64,000 bases of DNA from a virus (taxonomy: Duplodnaviria > Heunggongvirae > Uroviricota > Caudoviricetes), in the IMG/VR virus record IMGVR_UViG_3300032167_007646, one strand, 5' to 3'. The translations under genes were made by a program, and so were the position numbers. Positions within the stretch are counted from its first letter, which is position 1; every line of letters starts with the position of its first letter. The notes under the pieces were generated by a model. The model did no database searches and was not told where the DNA came from. It saw only the letters and a list, made by a program, of their open reading frames with translations. Shown here piece by piece: positions 18,072 through 29,082 of the stretch.

Positions 18072-20912
18072 TTAAATTTTCTCTATTTTATTTGAATCTG
18101 TTTTTATACCTTTTATACCTACTTCATCAAACATTACAACATAAGCGTCATTAACTATCTGCATAACAGTCCCCTCACCAAATATCTTATGACGAATACG
18201 AGTACCTTGTGTAATTGTTGTCCTATCTGTTATAGTATCTAAAATAGAACTTGTAGACTCACCAAATCTACCTCTATCCATATTTACTTTTGACTCTAAC
18301 TGCCTAATTAACATTTCATCTATTTTACCCTCTGAATCAAACTTATCACGAGGTATATTATAAATAAAACGAGAAGGAAGTCTATATGAATTATCATAAT
18401 TAGAACCCTCTGCATCAACCATAAATAGAAGTTCTTTTGCTCTTGTCATCGCAACATAAGCAATTCTTCTTTCTTCTTCCATCATTGCTGCACAAGTTGT
18501 TCTACTACTTGGCATAATACCCTCATTCATATCTACAACAAACACTATTGGATACTCTAAACCTTTTGCAGCATGAATAGTCATTAACTTAACTTTATTT
18601 GGAGTTTCTTCTTCATCACTTGAAGTATATAAAGATAACATACTCAAATAATTACCTAACTCTACTTTTTCACGCTGATTATGTTCATAATGTTGTGCTG
18701 AACGTTTCAATTCTTGTAGATTTTCCCAACGCTCTACTTCACTATTTTTATACAATTCTTCAAGGTTTAATGCTGTATATACCCTACCCATTAACATAGA
18801 TATTGTTTCTACTTCTGCATATTGTTTCAAATCTTCAACCAACTCAACTAACCACTTTGCTTTTGTACTCTTAAATGTTTTATGGTCTATATTCATACTT
18901 AAAGTTTCATATAAACTAAATTTACCACTTGATAGTTCTTTTAATAATTCTATCTTCTTTGGACCTATACCTAACGATAAAGTCTTTATTGTTCTCATAA
19001 AAGATAAATTATCCCCAAAAGCAACTACACTTAACAAAGCTAAAACATCTTTAATTTCTTTTCTTGAATAGAAAGAAATACCACTTAATACTTCATAAGG
19101 AATTCCATTTTCTATTAGTTTTTCCTCAAGAGTACGAGAAGAAGTATTACTTCTATACAAGATAGCAATATCACTATATGGTTTCTTTAGTGATAATATT
19201 CTTCGTGCTACCCAATCTGCCTCATTATAAACATTTCTTGCATGATAATGTAAAACCCTTGCGCCATTACCTTTGTTTGCCACCAAATCTTTATCTACTC
19301 TATTAACATTATGTTTAATTAAAGCATTACTAACATCTAATATTTGTGGAGTTGAACGATAATTAGTTGTCAAATAAACAGAATGAACTTTATTCTCTCT
19401 ATTCTGTAATTTATTCATAATAGCCTCAAACTGAACTATACAATTTACATCACTACCTCTAAATGAATAAATACAATTATGAACTAAAACATTATTAACA
19501 AAAAAGTTTCTACTATTTGGTACATTTATATCATACACCTTACCACTGTAATTCTCCATTTTTATATCTATAATGTCAGATAACTTTACACCATAATCCA
19601 AATATACAGGTAAAGAATCACCTATCTTTAATTCATCAGCACGACATAATTCACTAGGTAATTCAGATATTAAACGGGCATTTATAACTAAATCTTTTTC
19701 TTCTCTATCAGCAATTATATGTGCATATTCACCTGCTTTATCAAAATCTGTAACACAAGTAACATTAGAACCATCATATATATTATGTCCATAAGTATAT
19801 GTTGCATTATCTCTACCTACATCTTTAGCAACATTTCCAAAATACTCTAAATATACTGAATTTTGTTTTATACTATTTCTACAAGCAAATAATTTATGTT
19901 CAGGTGTAAGTGTTAACTCATTACCATTCTCTAAAATTATTTTAACAACTTTGCCATTATAATCTCTCATAAATACTGCATCTATTTTAAATGAGTCTAC
20001 TTCACCATTACCTACACCACTTAAAACATCATCACCAATATTGAAACCATCTATATTTCTTTCAACACCATATTTTCCTCTAACTTTAGAACCTGCAACG
20101 ACACACTGACTATCATCACCAACAACAAACAAATTACCACATTTGTTAGAAAGAATACCTAATAATTCTACCTCTCTCAAAGAAACATCTTGAAACTCAT
20201 CTACTTGAATATAATCAAAAACATTTTCCCACATATCACGAACCTCTTTACGAGTTTTCAAGACATATAAGGCCATATTCAATAAATCTTCATAATCTAA
20301 ACAAGCATCACGCTTTTGTTCCCTTAAATAACCATAAATTATTTTTAACTCTCTATTTGGTGCAATCTGCATAAGATTATGTAATTCATAAGAACTTGAT
20401 TTCTCTAAAAGTTCCTCATAATTACTTAAATATGTTCTCTGACCATTCTTGCAACCTGCACCTATAATTTCAGTTAATGCTCTTTTATATGGAAAGTCAG
20501 TATTAGTCATACCTAATTCTGCATAAACTACTTTTAACATATCTACTTGGTCATCTACATCCATTATCTTAAAATTCTTTGAAATACCTAATACTTCTAT
20601 TTCACTATGTAAAAACCTATTACAAAAACCATGAAATGTCATAATATAAGGTGTTGCAATATCCCCACCTATCATATGATTTATTCTTGCTTTCATTTCA
20701 TTTGCGGCCTTATTTGTAAATGTTACAGATAATATTCTATTAGGACTTATATCCAATTCATCAACTAAATAAGCATAACGAGTAGTCAATGCTCTTGTTT
20801 TTCCTGAACCTGCACCTGCAATAACCCTAACATAACCCTCTGTTGTTGTTACTGCTTCTAACTGTTCTTTATTCAAACCCATTAGTATCTTATTCACTAT
20901 ACACAACTCCAA
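18072..20912 (-). CDS. UvrD/PcrA-family superfamily-1 DNA helicase interrupted by a 210-aa mini-intein
   Basis: Walker A 'AGAGSGKT', 'LSVTFTNKAANEM' and 'VDEFQD'. Motif III is split: 'VVGDDSQ' | intein | 'CIYSFRGSD'. Confidence 0.85.
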   Translation of the reverse strand: MELCIVNKILMGLNKEQLEAVTTTEGYVRVIAGAGSGKTRALTTRYAYLVDELDISPNRILSVTFTNKAANEMKARINHMIGGDIATPYIMTFHGFCNRFLHSEIEVLGISKNFKIMDVDDQVDMLKVVYAELGMTNTDFPYKRALTEIIGAGCKNGQRTYLSNYEELLEKSSSYELHNLMQIAPNRELKIIYGYLREQKRDACLDYEDLLNMALYVLKTRKEVRDMWENVFDYIQVDEFQDVSLREVELLGILSNKCGNLFVVGDDSQCVVAGSKVRGKYGVERNIDGFNIGDDVLSGVGNGEVDSFKIDAVFMRDYNGKVVKIILENGNELTLTPEHKLFACRNSIKQNSVYLEYFGNVAKDVGRDNATYTYGHNIYDGSNVTCVTDFDKAGEYAHIIADREEKDLVINARLISELPSELCRADELKIGDSLPVYLDYGVKLSDIIDIKMENYSGKVYDINVPNSRNFFVNNVLVHNCIYSFRGSDVNCIVQFEAIMNKLQNRENKVHSVYLTTNYRSTPQILDVSNALIKHNVNRVDKDLVANKGNGARVLHYHARNVYNEADWVARRILSLKKPYSDIAILYRSNTSSRTLEEKLIENGIPYEVLSGISFYSRKEIKDVLALLSVVAFGDNLSFMRTIKTLSLGIGPKKIELLKELSSGKFSLYETLSMNIDHKTFKSTKAKWLVELVEDLKQYAEVETISMLMGRVYTALNLEELYKNSEVERWENLQELKRSAQHYEHNQREKVELGNYLSMLSLYTSSDEEETPNKVKLMTIHAAKGLEYPIVFVVDMNEGIMPSSRTTCAAMMEEERRIAYVAMTRAKELLFMVDAEGSNYDNSYRLPSRFIYNIPRDKFDSEGKIDEMLIRQLESKVNMDRGRFGESTSSILDTITDRTTITQGTRIRHKIFGEGTVMQIVNDAYVVMFDEVGIKGIKTDSNKIEKI
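19476..20105 (-). mobile_element. Mini-intein within the UvrD/PcrA helicase (residues 270-479)
   Basis: Begins with Cys. Block B 'TLTPEHKLF'. Blocks F/G 'VYDINVPNSRNFFVNNVLVHN'. Followed by Cys (+1). Confidence 0.8.
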
Positions 20913-21050
20913 TCAACTGACTATTTAAATAACAACTATTATATTATTTATAATAGATGTTGAAGTTTATGTCCAAAAGATTCAGATTTATGTGTTTTCC
21001 AAAAATTTCAACAAATAAAGGCGCAGTTTTTACAAACCACGCCTTTTTAT

Positions 21051-21386
21051 TTATTCTATAATTACTTCATTAAGTATTTGTGCAAAGACAGGGTTTATTT
21101 TATATCTATCACCCATATAGATAGGTAATTCTTTATTAGAAGTTCTAACAAAAAAACTACCATTAACATACTCTATAACATAAGAATTTTCTATTAAAAA
21201 CTCTTGTATATATTCAGTAGAAAATACTAAACGAATATTATACTCTTCTTCATAATTTCTCAATCTATTTTTTAATGCATACATAATATCTTCCAAATTA
21301 TGAGAAGTTATAAATGAACTACGGGTAGTTAGTAAATAATAAACAAGAACTTCATCAAACTTTATTTTTAAAACCCTTTTTCTCAC
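21051..21386 (-). CDS. Hypothetical protein
   Basis: 111-aa ORF. Confidence 0.35.
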   Translation of the reverse strand: MRKRVLKIKFDEVLVYYLLTTRSSFITSHNLEDIMYALKNRLRNYEEEYNIRLVFSTEYIQEFLIENSYVIEYVNGSFFVRTSNKELPIYMGDRYKINPVFAQILNEVIIE

Positions 21387-21398
21387 ATAAATACCCTC

Positions 21399-21776
21399 TT
21401 ATTTCTCTACTTTTTCACTTTCTTTAATACAAAGACCATACTGACCATCTACTGCTGCTCTTGCTACTTCATCAGAAAGAGTAATCGCAAAATCAACTAT
21501 ATCAGCATTACTTACCATAGGATAACAATTTACTAAATGTTTTGTAAAAACCCCATACTTAAAATCATTAAAGAAATCCAAAGCTTTCTTAGTCTTACCA
21601 CTAAATTGCTTTCTCAAAGAAAAAAGTCTAACAATGTAAAAACTTAACTCATTTATTGAGTGTTTATCTTTTACAATTTCTTCAGCAGACTTTGAATCAA
21701 TAATTTTAGTCATATCCTCCTGAATTTTCATAACATTCATTAAAATCTGACCATCCATAGACATACTTTTAGCCAT
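21399..21776 (-). CDS. Hypothetical protein
   Basis: 125-aa ORF. Confidence 0.35.
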   Translation of the reverse strand: MAKSMSMDGQILMNVMKIQEDMTKIIDSKSAEEIVKDKHSINELSFYIVRLFSLRKQFSGKTKKALDFFNDFKYGVFTKHLVNCYPMVSNADIVDFAITLSDEVARAAVDGQYGLCIKESEKVEK

Positions 21777-22240
21777 TATTCTTCAACCTCCCCTGTATTA
21801 TCTTCTTCCTCATCCCAAGTCATTACAGAATTAGAAATCCTATCATCTGAGTCACCACTATGGTCATCAGACCACTTAATATTTTCTACAATATTAGTAT
21901 ATGCACTAATAGGATTTGCTTCCATACCATGTCTTTGTGCGTAAGAAATTAAATCTTCTTCATCTTTTTCTAAAAGGTCTAACCAAATAATTTGAAGCTT
22001 ATTACTATACAAATTTTTTGTAGCATTATAAATCAACTCTACAACTTCCATACTACCTATAAGACTCTCATCCATACCATCTTTCAACTTAAGAACAATG
22101 TCAATAGGACTTGATTTCTTATTCATATAAGCAGCATAAGAACCAGTAAGACCTACTTCAAATGAAGATAATTCAGGTTTCTCTGCTAATTCATTAATAA
22201 GGTCTAATGCCTCATCAAATGTCTGTAAAAATTTTAACAT
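21776..22240 (-). CDS. Acidic hypothetical protein
   Basis: 154-aa ORF, overlapping its neighbour by one nucleotide. Confidence 0.35.
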   Translation of the reverse strand: MLKFLQTFDEALDLINELAEKPELSSFEVGLTGSYAAYMNKKSSPIDIVLKLKDGMDESLIGSMEVVELIYNATKNLYSNKLQIIWLDLLEKDEEDLISYAQRHGMEANPISAYTNIVENIKWSDDHSGDSDDRISNSVMTWDEEEDNTGEVEE

Positions 22241-22367
22241 ATATCCTCTAACCGCCTTCCAAAATATATTTTTATTGAAGTATTTATACTATAACATATT
22301 TTTAACAATAAGTCAATAAGCATAAATAAAAAAGTTAGGTTATTTTTCAATAACCTAACTATAAATT

Positions 22368-24617
22368 TTAATATTTTGTAACTAAAATAACTCTAATTCT
22401 ACCACCTGAAGTAATTGACTTATCATAATATAAACCAACTATTTGATAATCTTCATTCTCTAATAAATCTTCCATTGTTATTAACATATAATCCCAATTA
22501 TAATTTCTATAATAAATCTTTACATCATCATCTAATAAATAATGATTCTTACCTACTGTTGCATAAGTATTATTTAATTCCTCAACCTTACCATTTATCT
22601 TTGTTAAATTTGTCATAGAACTAACACTATTATTACTAAAAATTATTTTAGCTGGTCCAGTAGAAACACCCAATACACTATTTTGTGTACTGTGAACTTT
22701 TTCACTTCCGTCTATATTGTAATTGTATGTTCCAAACATTCTTTCACTATCTTTATTAACCTTTGTTACTATACCATAACTATAATAATCGCCTGTTACA
22801 TTCTTCAAAACCAATTTAGTTATAGCATTTTTTTCATTCATCTCATAATATAAAATATTTGAAGAAGATAACCTAACTCCATCTAATCTTTGAGGCTCCA
22901 CAGTAACATAAAGTGCAGACTTATTATTATCAGTAGTACCTATATCTATAATATCTACATGCTTTGATACAACATAATTACCTATATACATACTTTCTGC
23001 ATTAAATGTTCCATTTATTTCTTTCTTATTATTCTCTCTAATTTTTGAAATACTAGCCAAATCATTCTTAAATGTTATCTCTACAATACTATTTATATAA
23101 TTTGAAAAATCTGTTCTTGCCTTATATTCTACTAATTCTCCATCTGTCATTACAACACTTATATAATATTCTGAAACTTTTTTATCATTATCAGTTTCAT
23201 AATTCTTTATACCTGCATTTATTAAATAACCTATATTTTCTGAACCTACACTATCTGCTGCTATAACGGCTGCAATCTTTTTATCTTTACCTAACAATGC
23301 TGTTATTGTATCACCATACTTAAATTTTCCTGTTGAAGATAAAGACTTAAATGCATCTGCACTTTCTATTTCATACTGCTTACCTGATATTTCTACTGAA
23401 ACGGGTACTTCTTGATTAGGTATTGCACTATTATAAACGCCTGTTATTTTAGTATTATATACCATTACAATACCTAAATCCTCTGAATAATAATAAATAT
23501 CATTTAACTCCAAATCTTCTAATTCTATTGAACTACCATTTCTTAAAATTAAATAATCTTTAAACTTCAAATTATCATTTGATTTATAAACATAAGGACC
23601 ACTTAAATTACCCTTTGTTACACTTATATAATCTATTTCACCACTATCTGTTTTATAAATAGAAATAATATCTCCCATTTGAATTGCTGTTTTTACACTT
23701 GAAAAAACACTTTGTTTATTATTATAATATGTTATAGTATTATCATCAATATCTACTTGTTCAAAATCACCTGATTTATATACAATCACACCATCACTCA
23801 AAGCAGAATACACAACTTGTTTATCTGCTTTACCATTATCATCTGAAACAAATAATATAATAGTTTCACCATTCTCAACATAAATTGTACCCTTTTCACC
23901 TATCAGATTACTTACTTCTATTTCATAATCAAAAACACCATTTGTTGTCATTATTTTATTCAATGGAACACTTACATCCTCTTTTGAAGTTGCTAATAAA
24001 ACCACATCTTCCATCTTTACAACATCAAAATTATTATATAATGTATAACTTCCATTTTTCACTTTTGTATCTAACGCATTTAACAACAAATCTGCAACCT
24101 GCCTACGAGTTAATTTTTCACCTAATTTTGCATCAATACCATCAGTCAAATCAATATTATTTGCTAATGAATATTGACCAAAAGGGTATGAACTACCACA
24201 ATCTGCATCAGTATAACCCAATATTTTTAATAAAATTGTTAAAGCCTCTTCATACAAAACTTCATTTTCTGGTCTAAATGTACTATCAGGATAACCATTT
24301 ATTATAGCATTATCCACTCCTGCTCTTATATACCCTACCGCCCAATGTTTATAAGGTACATCTGAAAAAGGAGAAGTTTTTTGATTTAATGCTATTGATT
24401 TTCTATAACTTGAAATCATAGTTGCTACTTTTGTAAATTCTGCTCTGGTTACAGTATCATTCCATCTCATTTCACCATTAGCATCTCCAACCATAATTTC
24501 TAATGTTTTTAAAACAGAATATTTTGAATAATCTTCTATTTCTGCACTTACTGTGAAAGAACAAAGACTAAAAATAAAACAAAATATTAAAATTAAACTT
24601 AAAACTTTTTTCATCAC
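22368..24617 (-). CDS. Secreted cell-surface protein with N-terminal SLH (S-layer homology) domains
   Basis: Signal peptide. SLH-like 'FSDVPYKHWAVGYIRAGVDNAIINGYPDSTFRPENEVLYEEALTILLKILGY' and related repeats. Confidence 0.65.
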   Translation of the reverse strand: MMKKVLSLILIFCFIFSLCSFTVSAEIEDYSKYSVLKTLEIMVGDANGEMRWNDTVTRAEFTKVATMISSYRKSIALNQKTSPFSDVPYKHWAVGYIRAGVDNAIINGYPDSTFRPENEVLYEEALTILLKILGYTDADCGSSYPFGQYSLANNIDLTDGIDAKLGEKLTRRQVADLLLNALDTKVKNGSYTLYNNFDVVKMEDVVLLATSKEDVSVPLNKIMTTNGVFDYEIEVSNLIGEKGTIYVENGETIILFVSDDNGKADKQVVYSALSDGVIVYKSGDFEQVDIDDNTITYYNNKQSVFSSVKTAIQMGDIISIYKTDSGEIDYISVTKGNLSGPYVYKSNDNLKFKDYLILRNGSSIELEDLELNDIYYYSEDLGIVMVYNTKITGVYNSAIPNQEVPVSVEISGKQYEIESADAFKSLSSTGKFKYGDTITALLGKDKKIAAVIAADSVGSENIGYLINAGIKNYETDNDKKVSEYYISVVMTDGELVEYKARTDFSNYINSIVEITFKNDLASISKIRENNKKEINGTFNAESMYIGNYVVSKHVDIIDIGTTDNNKSALYVTVEPQRLDGVRLSSSNILYYEMNEKNAITKLVLKNVTGDYYSYGIVTKVNKDSERMFGTYNYNIDGSEKVHSTQNSVLGVSTGPAKIIFSNNSVSSMTNLTKINGKVEELNNTYATVGKNHYLLDDDVKIYYRNYNWDYMLITMEDLLENEDYQIVGLYYDKSITSGGRIRVILVTKY

Positions 24618-24630
24618 TTATCCTCCTAAA

Positions 24631-25800
24631 TTAATCAAATCTTAAAGCGTCTATTGGATTTAATGCTGCTGCTTTTCTTGCAGGTAAAAAACCAAATAAT
24701 ACACCTATTGCAAAAGAGACACCAAAAGACAAGGCTATTGTATTAAATGTTGGTGCAACTGTTAAATCCATCAACTTTCCTATCAATAATGAAAAACCTA
24801 TACCTATTAAAATACCTAATATACCACCTATACTGCTTATCGTTCCTGCCTCTATTACAAATTGACTTAATACTACACTATCTTTTGCACCTAACGACTT
24901 TCTAATTCCTATTTCTCTTGTTCTTTCTGATACAGAAACTAACATTATATTCATTATTCCTATACCACCAACTAATAAAGAAATACCTGCTATTAATATC
25001 AAAAATAAATTCATCGAATCCATAATAGTATTAAATGATTCTAATATCTGTTGCATACTTATAACCATTACATAATCTGAATCACCTAATATATCCTCTG
25101 CAAAATTTTCCAACATAGACACACAAATATTTGCATATTCATCTTTTACTGTTGATAAAACATAACTACTTACATTAGTTGTTTTATTTATTTTACGAGC
25201 ATTTGTATAAGGAATATAAATTACATTATCTGCTCCACTAACAGTTGAATCCGCTTTTTCTTCTAAAACACCTATTATCTCATACCTAAATCCATTTATT
25301 TTCAAAGACTCTCCAATAGGATTTTTACCATCAAACAGTTCCTTTTGAATATATGTACCTACTACACAAACAGGTAAATTTTTATCTACATCTGCAAAAT
25401 TTAAAAACCTACCATTTGTTACTACTAATTTACCTATATCTATATATTCTTCACTAACACCTGTTACTTTTCCCATTATATTATCTACCTCTGTTTTTAC
25501 TACACCTGTTATAGAAATAGAGGGAGACATATACTCAAAATACTCTTTGTTCTTATCTCTAAATTCATACATCTGTTCTGGTGTTATCTTACGAGTACTA
25601 CCACGAGCAGTTACTTGAACTTGAATTGTATTTGTACCCATTTCTTCAAAAATTCCTGTTATTTGACCTGTTACACCACCTGTTACTGATACAAGAATAA
25701 TAACTGCTGCAATACCTATAATAATACCCAACATTGTGAGTAATGCTCTAACTTTATTACTCCAAATACTCTCAAGAGCCATTACAAAAGACCTCATCAC
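24631..25800 (-). CDS. ABC transporter permease, FtsX/MacB-like
   Basis: N-terminal TM, large extracytoplasmic domain, three C-terminal TM helices. Overlaps the ATPase gene by 4 nt. Confidence 0.75.
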   Translation of the reverse strand: MMRSFVMALESIWSNKVRALLTMLGIIIGIAAVIILVSVTGGVTGQITGIFEEMGTNTIQVQVTARGSTRKITPEQMYEFRDKNKEYFEYMSPSISITGVVKTEVDNIMGKVTGVSEEYIDIGKLVVTNGRFLNFADVDKNLPVCVVGTYIQKELFDGKNPIGESLKINGFRYEIIGVLEEKADSTVSGADNVIYIPYTNARKINKTTNVSSYVLSTVKDEYANICVSMLENFAEDILGDSDYVMVISMQQILESFNTIMDSMNLFLILIAGISLLVGGIGIMNIMLVSVSERTREIGIRKSLGAKDSVVLSQFVIEAGTISSIGGILGILIGIGFSLLIGKLMDLTVAPTFNTIALSFGVSFAIGVLFGFLPARKAAALNPIDALRFD

Positions 25801-26534
25801 TCACCACCCCCTGCTTTATCTTGTGTTGCTACCATTTTATCACCATCAACTGGTCCATCATAAACTATTTTACCATCTGTTATTCTCATAATTCTTTCTG
25901 TTTGAGCTGCAATACTATTATCATGAGTTATTAAAATAATAGTGTTACCCTCTCTATGTAACTGTTTTAAAAATTCCAATACATCTTTACCTGTCTTTGA
26001 ATCTAATGCACCTGTTGGTTCATCCGCAAGAATTACAGAAGGACTACCTGCTAAAGCCCTTGCAATAGAAACACGCTGTTGCTGACCACCTGATAACTGC
26101 GATGGTTTATTTTTAGCTTTATCACCTAACCCTACTTTTTCTAATGCCGCCATAGCCTTTTGTTTTTGTTCAGATTTAGATAACCCTGCATACAATAAAG
26201 GTAATGCTACATTATTCAAAACATTTAATTTAGGTAATAAATTATACTGCTGAAAAATAAAACCTAACATTTTATTTCTTACTTCTGCGAGTTCATTACG
26301 AGAATACTTTGATATATTTTTACCATTTAAATAATATTCACCACTTGTTGGTACATCTAAACAACCTATAATATTCATACAAGTAGATTTACCACTACCT
26401 GATTGACCTACTATTGCAACAAATTCACCCTCATATATCTTAAATGAAACACCATCCAAAGCATGAACAGTTTCATCACCCATTTTATATATCTTATATA
26501 TATCCTTAAATTCTACTAAAGGAGTTCTTTCCAT
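25797..26534 (-). CDS. ABC transporter ATP-binding protein (MacB/LolD-like)
   Basis: Walker A 'GQSGSGKST', ABC signature 'LSGGQQQRVSIARAL', Walker B 'ILADEPTGALD'. Confidence 0.85.
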   Translation of the reverse strand: MERTPLVEFKDIYKIYKMGDETVHALDGVSFKIYEGEFVAIVGQSGSGKSTCMNIIGCLDVPTSGEYYLNGKNISKYSRNELAEVRNKMLGFIFQQYNLLPKLNVLNNVALPLLYAGLSKSEQKQKAMAALEKVGLGDKAKNKPSQLSGGQQQRVSIARALAGSPSVILADEPTGALDSKTGKDVLEFLKQLHREGNTIILITHDNSIAAQTERIMRITDGKIVYDGPVDGDKMVATQDKAGGGE

Positions 26535-26548
26535 AAATTATTCCTCCT

Positions 26549-28168
26549 TTATCTTCCCATTCCTGCTGGTGGACCACTCATATTGCCTGTTGGTCTTTCA
26601 CCTGACTTCATTGAATCTTCCATTTGTTCCATCATTTCCATTATACCATTTGTTGCTTGTATTTCACGACCACGAACTATATCTCCTTCTGACAATCCTG
26701 AAACAATTTGAATATTTACGCCATCTGTTACTCCTGTTTCAACAGATACAGTTTTATAACCCTCTGGTGCTGTATCTTTTTCATCTTCTTTATTACCTTT
26801 AACAAAAACTGTATTTCCCCTATTTAAACACTCTGAAGGTATAACTAATACATTATCTGCTTTTTCTATTACTATATCTGCGTCTATATTCATACCTGGC
26901 ATTAATTTATCATCAAAGTCTTTTATTCTAACAGTCACAGGATATACAGTAACTCCATTTGAAGAAGTTCCTTTTACATTTATCTTTTCTACATAACCTT
27001 TATATTCTTTACCTACAACTGCGTCTGCTATAATTATAACTTCTTGTCCTACTTCTATTTTTGCAATATCCAATTCATCTACTTCCATATCAAATTTTAA
27101 GCTTGATAAATCATATATTACTGCCAAAGTATTAGCACCTTTTGTATTATCTAAGGAATCCCCAACTTTTTTCTGTTTATCTATAACAGTTCCTGTTATA
27201 GGCGCTTTTATAGTATAATCATCCAAAGATTCTAATGTTCTTTCTCTATTTAATTCTGTTTCTCTATAAGAAATTTCTGTTGTTCTCTTTTGGTCCATTA
27301 AAGTTTCATTTTCTAATTTCAAAACCACAGAATTTTTATCTATCCATTTATTATTTTCTATATTTAATTCTATTATCTCTCCTGCTGCTTTTGAAGTAAT
27401 AACTTCTTCAACAAAATATTCAAAACTACCACTACTATTACAAGCAATATCATTTATAATTGCAGTAGCTGTATCACCTTTTAATACTGAACCTGGATTT
27501 TTTATCTCTATTTCTACATCTTTTACTCTCATATAAGACGCTTTTGCATAAGACTGTGAATTTATAGAAACAACCTTGCCAATTATTTCATTATCTGAAT
27601 TATCTAAATAAACTAAAGCTTCTTGACCTACATAAAAACCATCAACATCTCTTTCATTAAAAGGTATTTTTATTAACATACGAGTATCATCATATATATT
27701 TGCTATAACCTGACCATTATTTATTGTATCACCTATTTCGACATTAACATTTGTGGTTATACCTGAATATTCTGTTTTCAATGTCAAGTCTTCTATGGAA
27801 TCATTAATATTTTCTAATGACATATTAGCCTTCTCCATATTTAATCCTGAAGATTCTATTGATTTTGCTACATCACTACTATCTATTTCAAACATTACTG
27901 CGTCTTCTTTTACTACATCACCCTCTTCAAAATATGTAGCAAGTATATCACCTGATACAGAAGTTGTTATAGTATATTGGTCATTTGGCTGTATTGTCGC
28001 CTTACCTGATATTGTACTATCTATTGTTCCTAAACTTACTGTATAATCATTTACAATTACATTTGAATTATTATCTTTATTACTTCCTAATAATTTTAAC
28101 CCTATTAATACTATTGCAATTACTATTATAATTATAAAAATTTTCTTAAACTTCTTTAATATTTTCAT
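26549..28168 (-). CDS. HlyD-family periplasmic adaptor / efflux membrane-fusion protein
   Basis: N-terminal TM anchor, a long coiled-coil/beta-barrel region, and a Gly/Pro/Met-rich C-terminus. Confidence 0.65.
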   Translation of the reverse strand: MKILKKFKKIFIIIIVIAIVLIGLKLLGSNKDNNSNVIVNDYTVSLGTIDSTISGKATIQPNDQYTITTSVSGDILATYFEEGDVVKEDAVMFEIDSSDVAKSIESSGLNMEKANMSLENINDSIEDLTLKTEYSGITTNVNVEIGDTINNGQVIANIYDDTRMLIKIPFNERDVDGFYVGQEALVYLDNSDNEIIGKVVSINSQSYAKASYMRVKDVEIEIKNPGSVLKGDTATAIINDIACNSSGSFEYFVEEVITSKAAGEIIELNIENNKWIDKNSVVLKLENETLMDQKRTTEISYRETELNRERTLESLDDYTIKAPITGTVIDKQKKVGDSLDNTKGANTLAVIYDLSSLKFDMEVDELDIAKIEVGQEVIIIADAVVGKEYKGYVEKINVKGTSSNGVTVYPVTVRIKDFDDKLMPGMNIDADIVIEKADNVLVIPSECLNRGNTVFVKGNKEDEKDTAPEGYKTVSVETGVTDGVNIQIVSGLSEGDIVRGREIQATNGIMEMMEQMEDSMKSGERPTGNMSGPPAGMGR

Positions 28169-28172
28169 TTAT

Positions 28173-28631
28173 CTATTTATCCCCCTTCAAAATTTCATTA
28201 GATAATCCATCACATATTTTTTCTAATAACATAAAGAATATAATTCTTTCTTCTTCTGTAAGAACCTCATACATACGCTTACCCTCTATTTCTGCTTTAC
28301 TATTAGACCACTTACAAACATTCTCACCTTTTTCTGTTATTCTAATTCTCTTAACCCTTTTGTCTTTTTCATCTACAAATGTTTCTACAAATCCCTTTTC
28401 TTCTAATTTATTTATTAGACTAACAGTAGTAGATTGAGCTATTTCTAAATGTTTTTCTATCTTTTTATACTCACAACTTCCACCAAAATGAAAATATAAT
28501 AACATTAAAACATGAGATTGCGCTAATGTTAAATTATTTTCAGTCAATAAACGATTTATATTTTTCTCTAATATTAAATGAAATCTTCTCATTAAAAGAA
28601 TACTTTTTTGTTCCTGCTTCAAAAAACTCAC
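28173..28631 (-). CDS. MarR-family transcriptional regulator
   Basis: Winged HTH 'LTLAQSHVLMLLY...' with 'KDKRVKRIRITEKG'. Confidence 0.7.
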   Translation of the reverse strand: MSFLKQEQKSILLMRRFHLILEKNINRLLTENNLTLAQSHVLMLLYFHFGGSCEYKKIEKHLEIAQSTTVSLINKLEEKGFVETFVDEKDKRVKRIRITEKGENVCKWSNSKAEIEGKRMYEVLTEEERIIFFMLLEKICDGLSNEILKGDK

Positions 28632-28804
28632 CTCTATTCAACAGTTTACTATTGATTTTTCTACACAAATAACTACTAAATATAAAATACTATAACTTTT
28701 ATACATACACATTAGCAATATATTTTTTATAGACTATACTGTTATCATATTTGTCCAAAATATTAATTTATGCATATTCAAACAAAAATTGTTTAAAATA
28801 AAAA

Positions 28805-28825
28805 ACAGGTGGTTAAACCACCTGT
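28805..28825 (-). terminator. Perfect-hairpin terminator
   Basis: ACAGGTGGTT-taa-AACCACCTGT followed by a T-run. Confidence 0.55.
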
Positions 28826-29080
28826 CTAATTTTCTTCAAAACAAGTACAAGACACTACATCAATAATACGCCATTTACCATACTTTATTCCTACACTCTC
28901 TAGTTTTCTTTTAAGTGAGGGTATTCCTCTTACAGCAGTAGAGGTACTTTGATAAGCATATCTTCTATCCCAAGCATTTATCTGGTTATTATTTTTTACC
29001 TGGATAAACATTTGTTTCTTACCATAATACTCTATTTTACCATCTTTATAAATTACTTTTAGAAAAACATAAGTATTCAT
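28826..29080 (-). CDS. Hypothetical protein
   Basis: 84-aa ORF. A perfect hairpin terminator lies downstream at 28805-28825. Confidence 0.3.
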   Translation of the reverse strand: MNTYVFLKVIYKDGKIEYYGKKQMFIQVKNNNQINAWDRRYAYQSTSTAVRGIPSLKRKLESVGIKYGKWRIIDVVSCTCFEEN

Positions 29081-29082
29081 AT

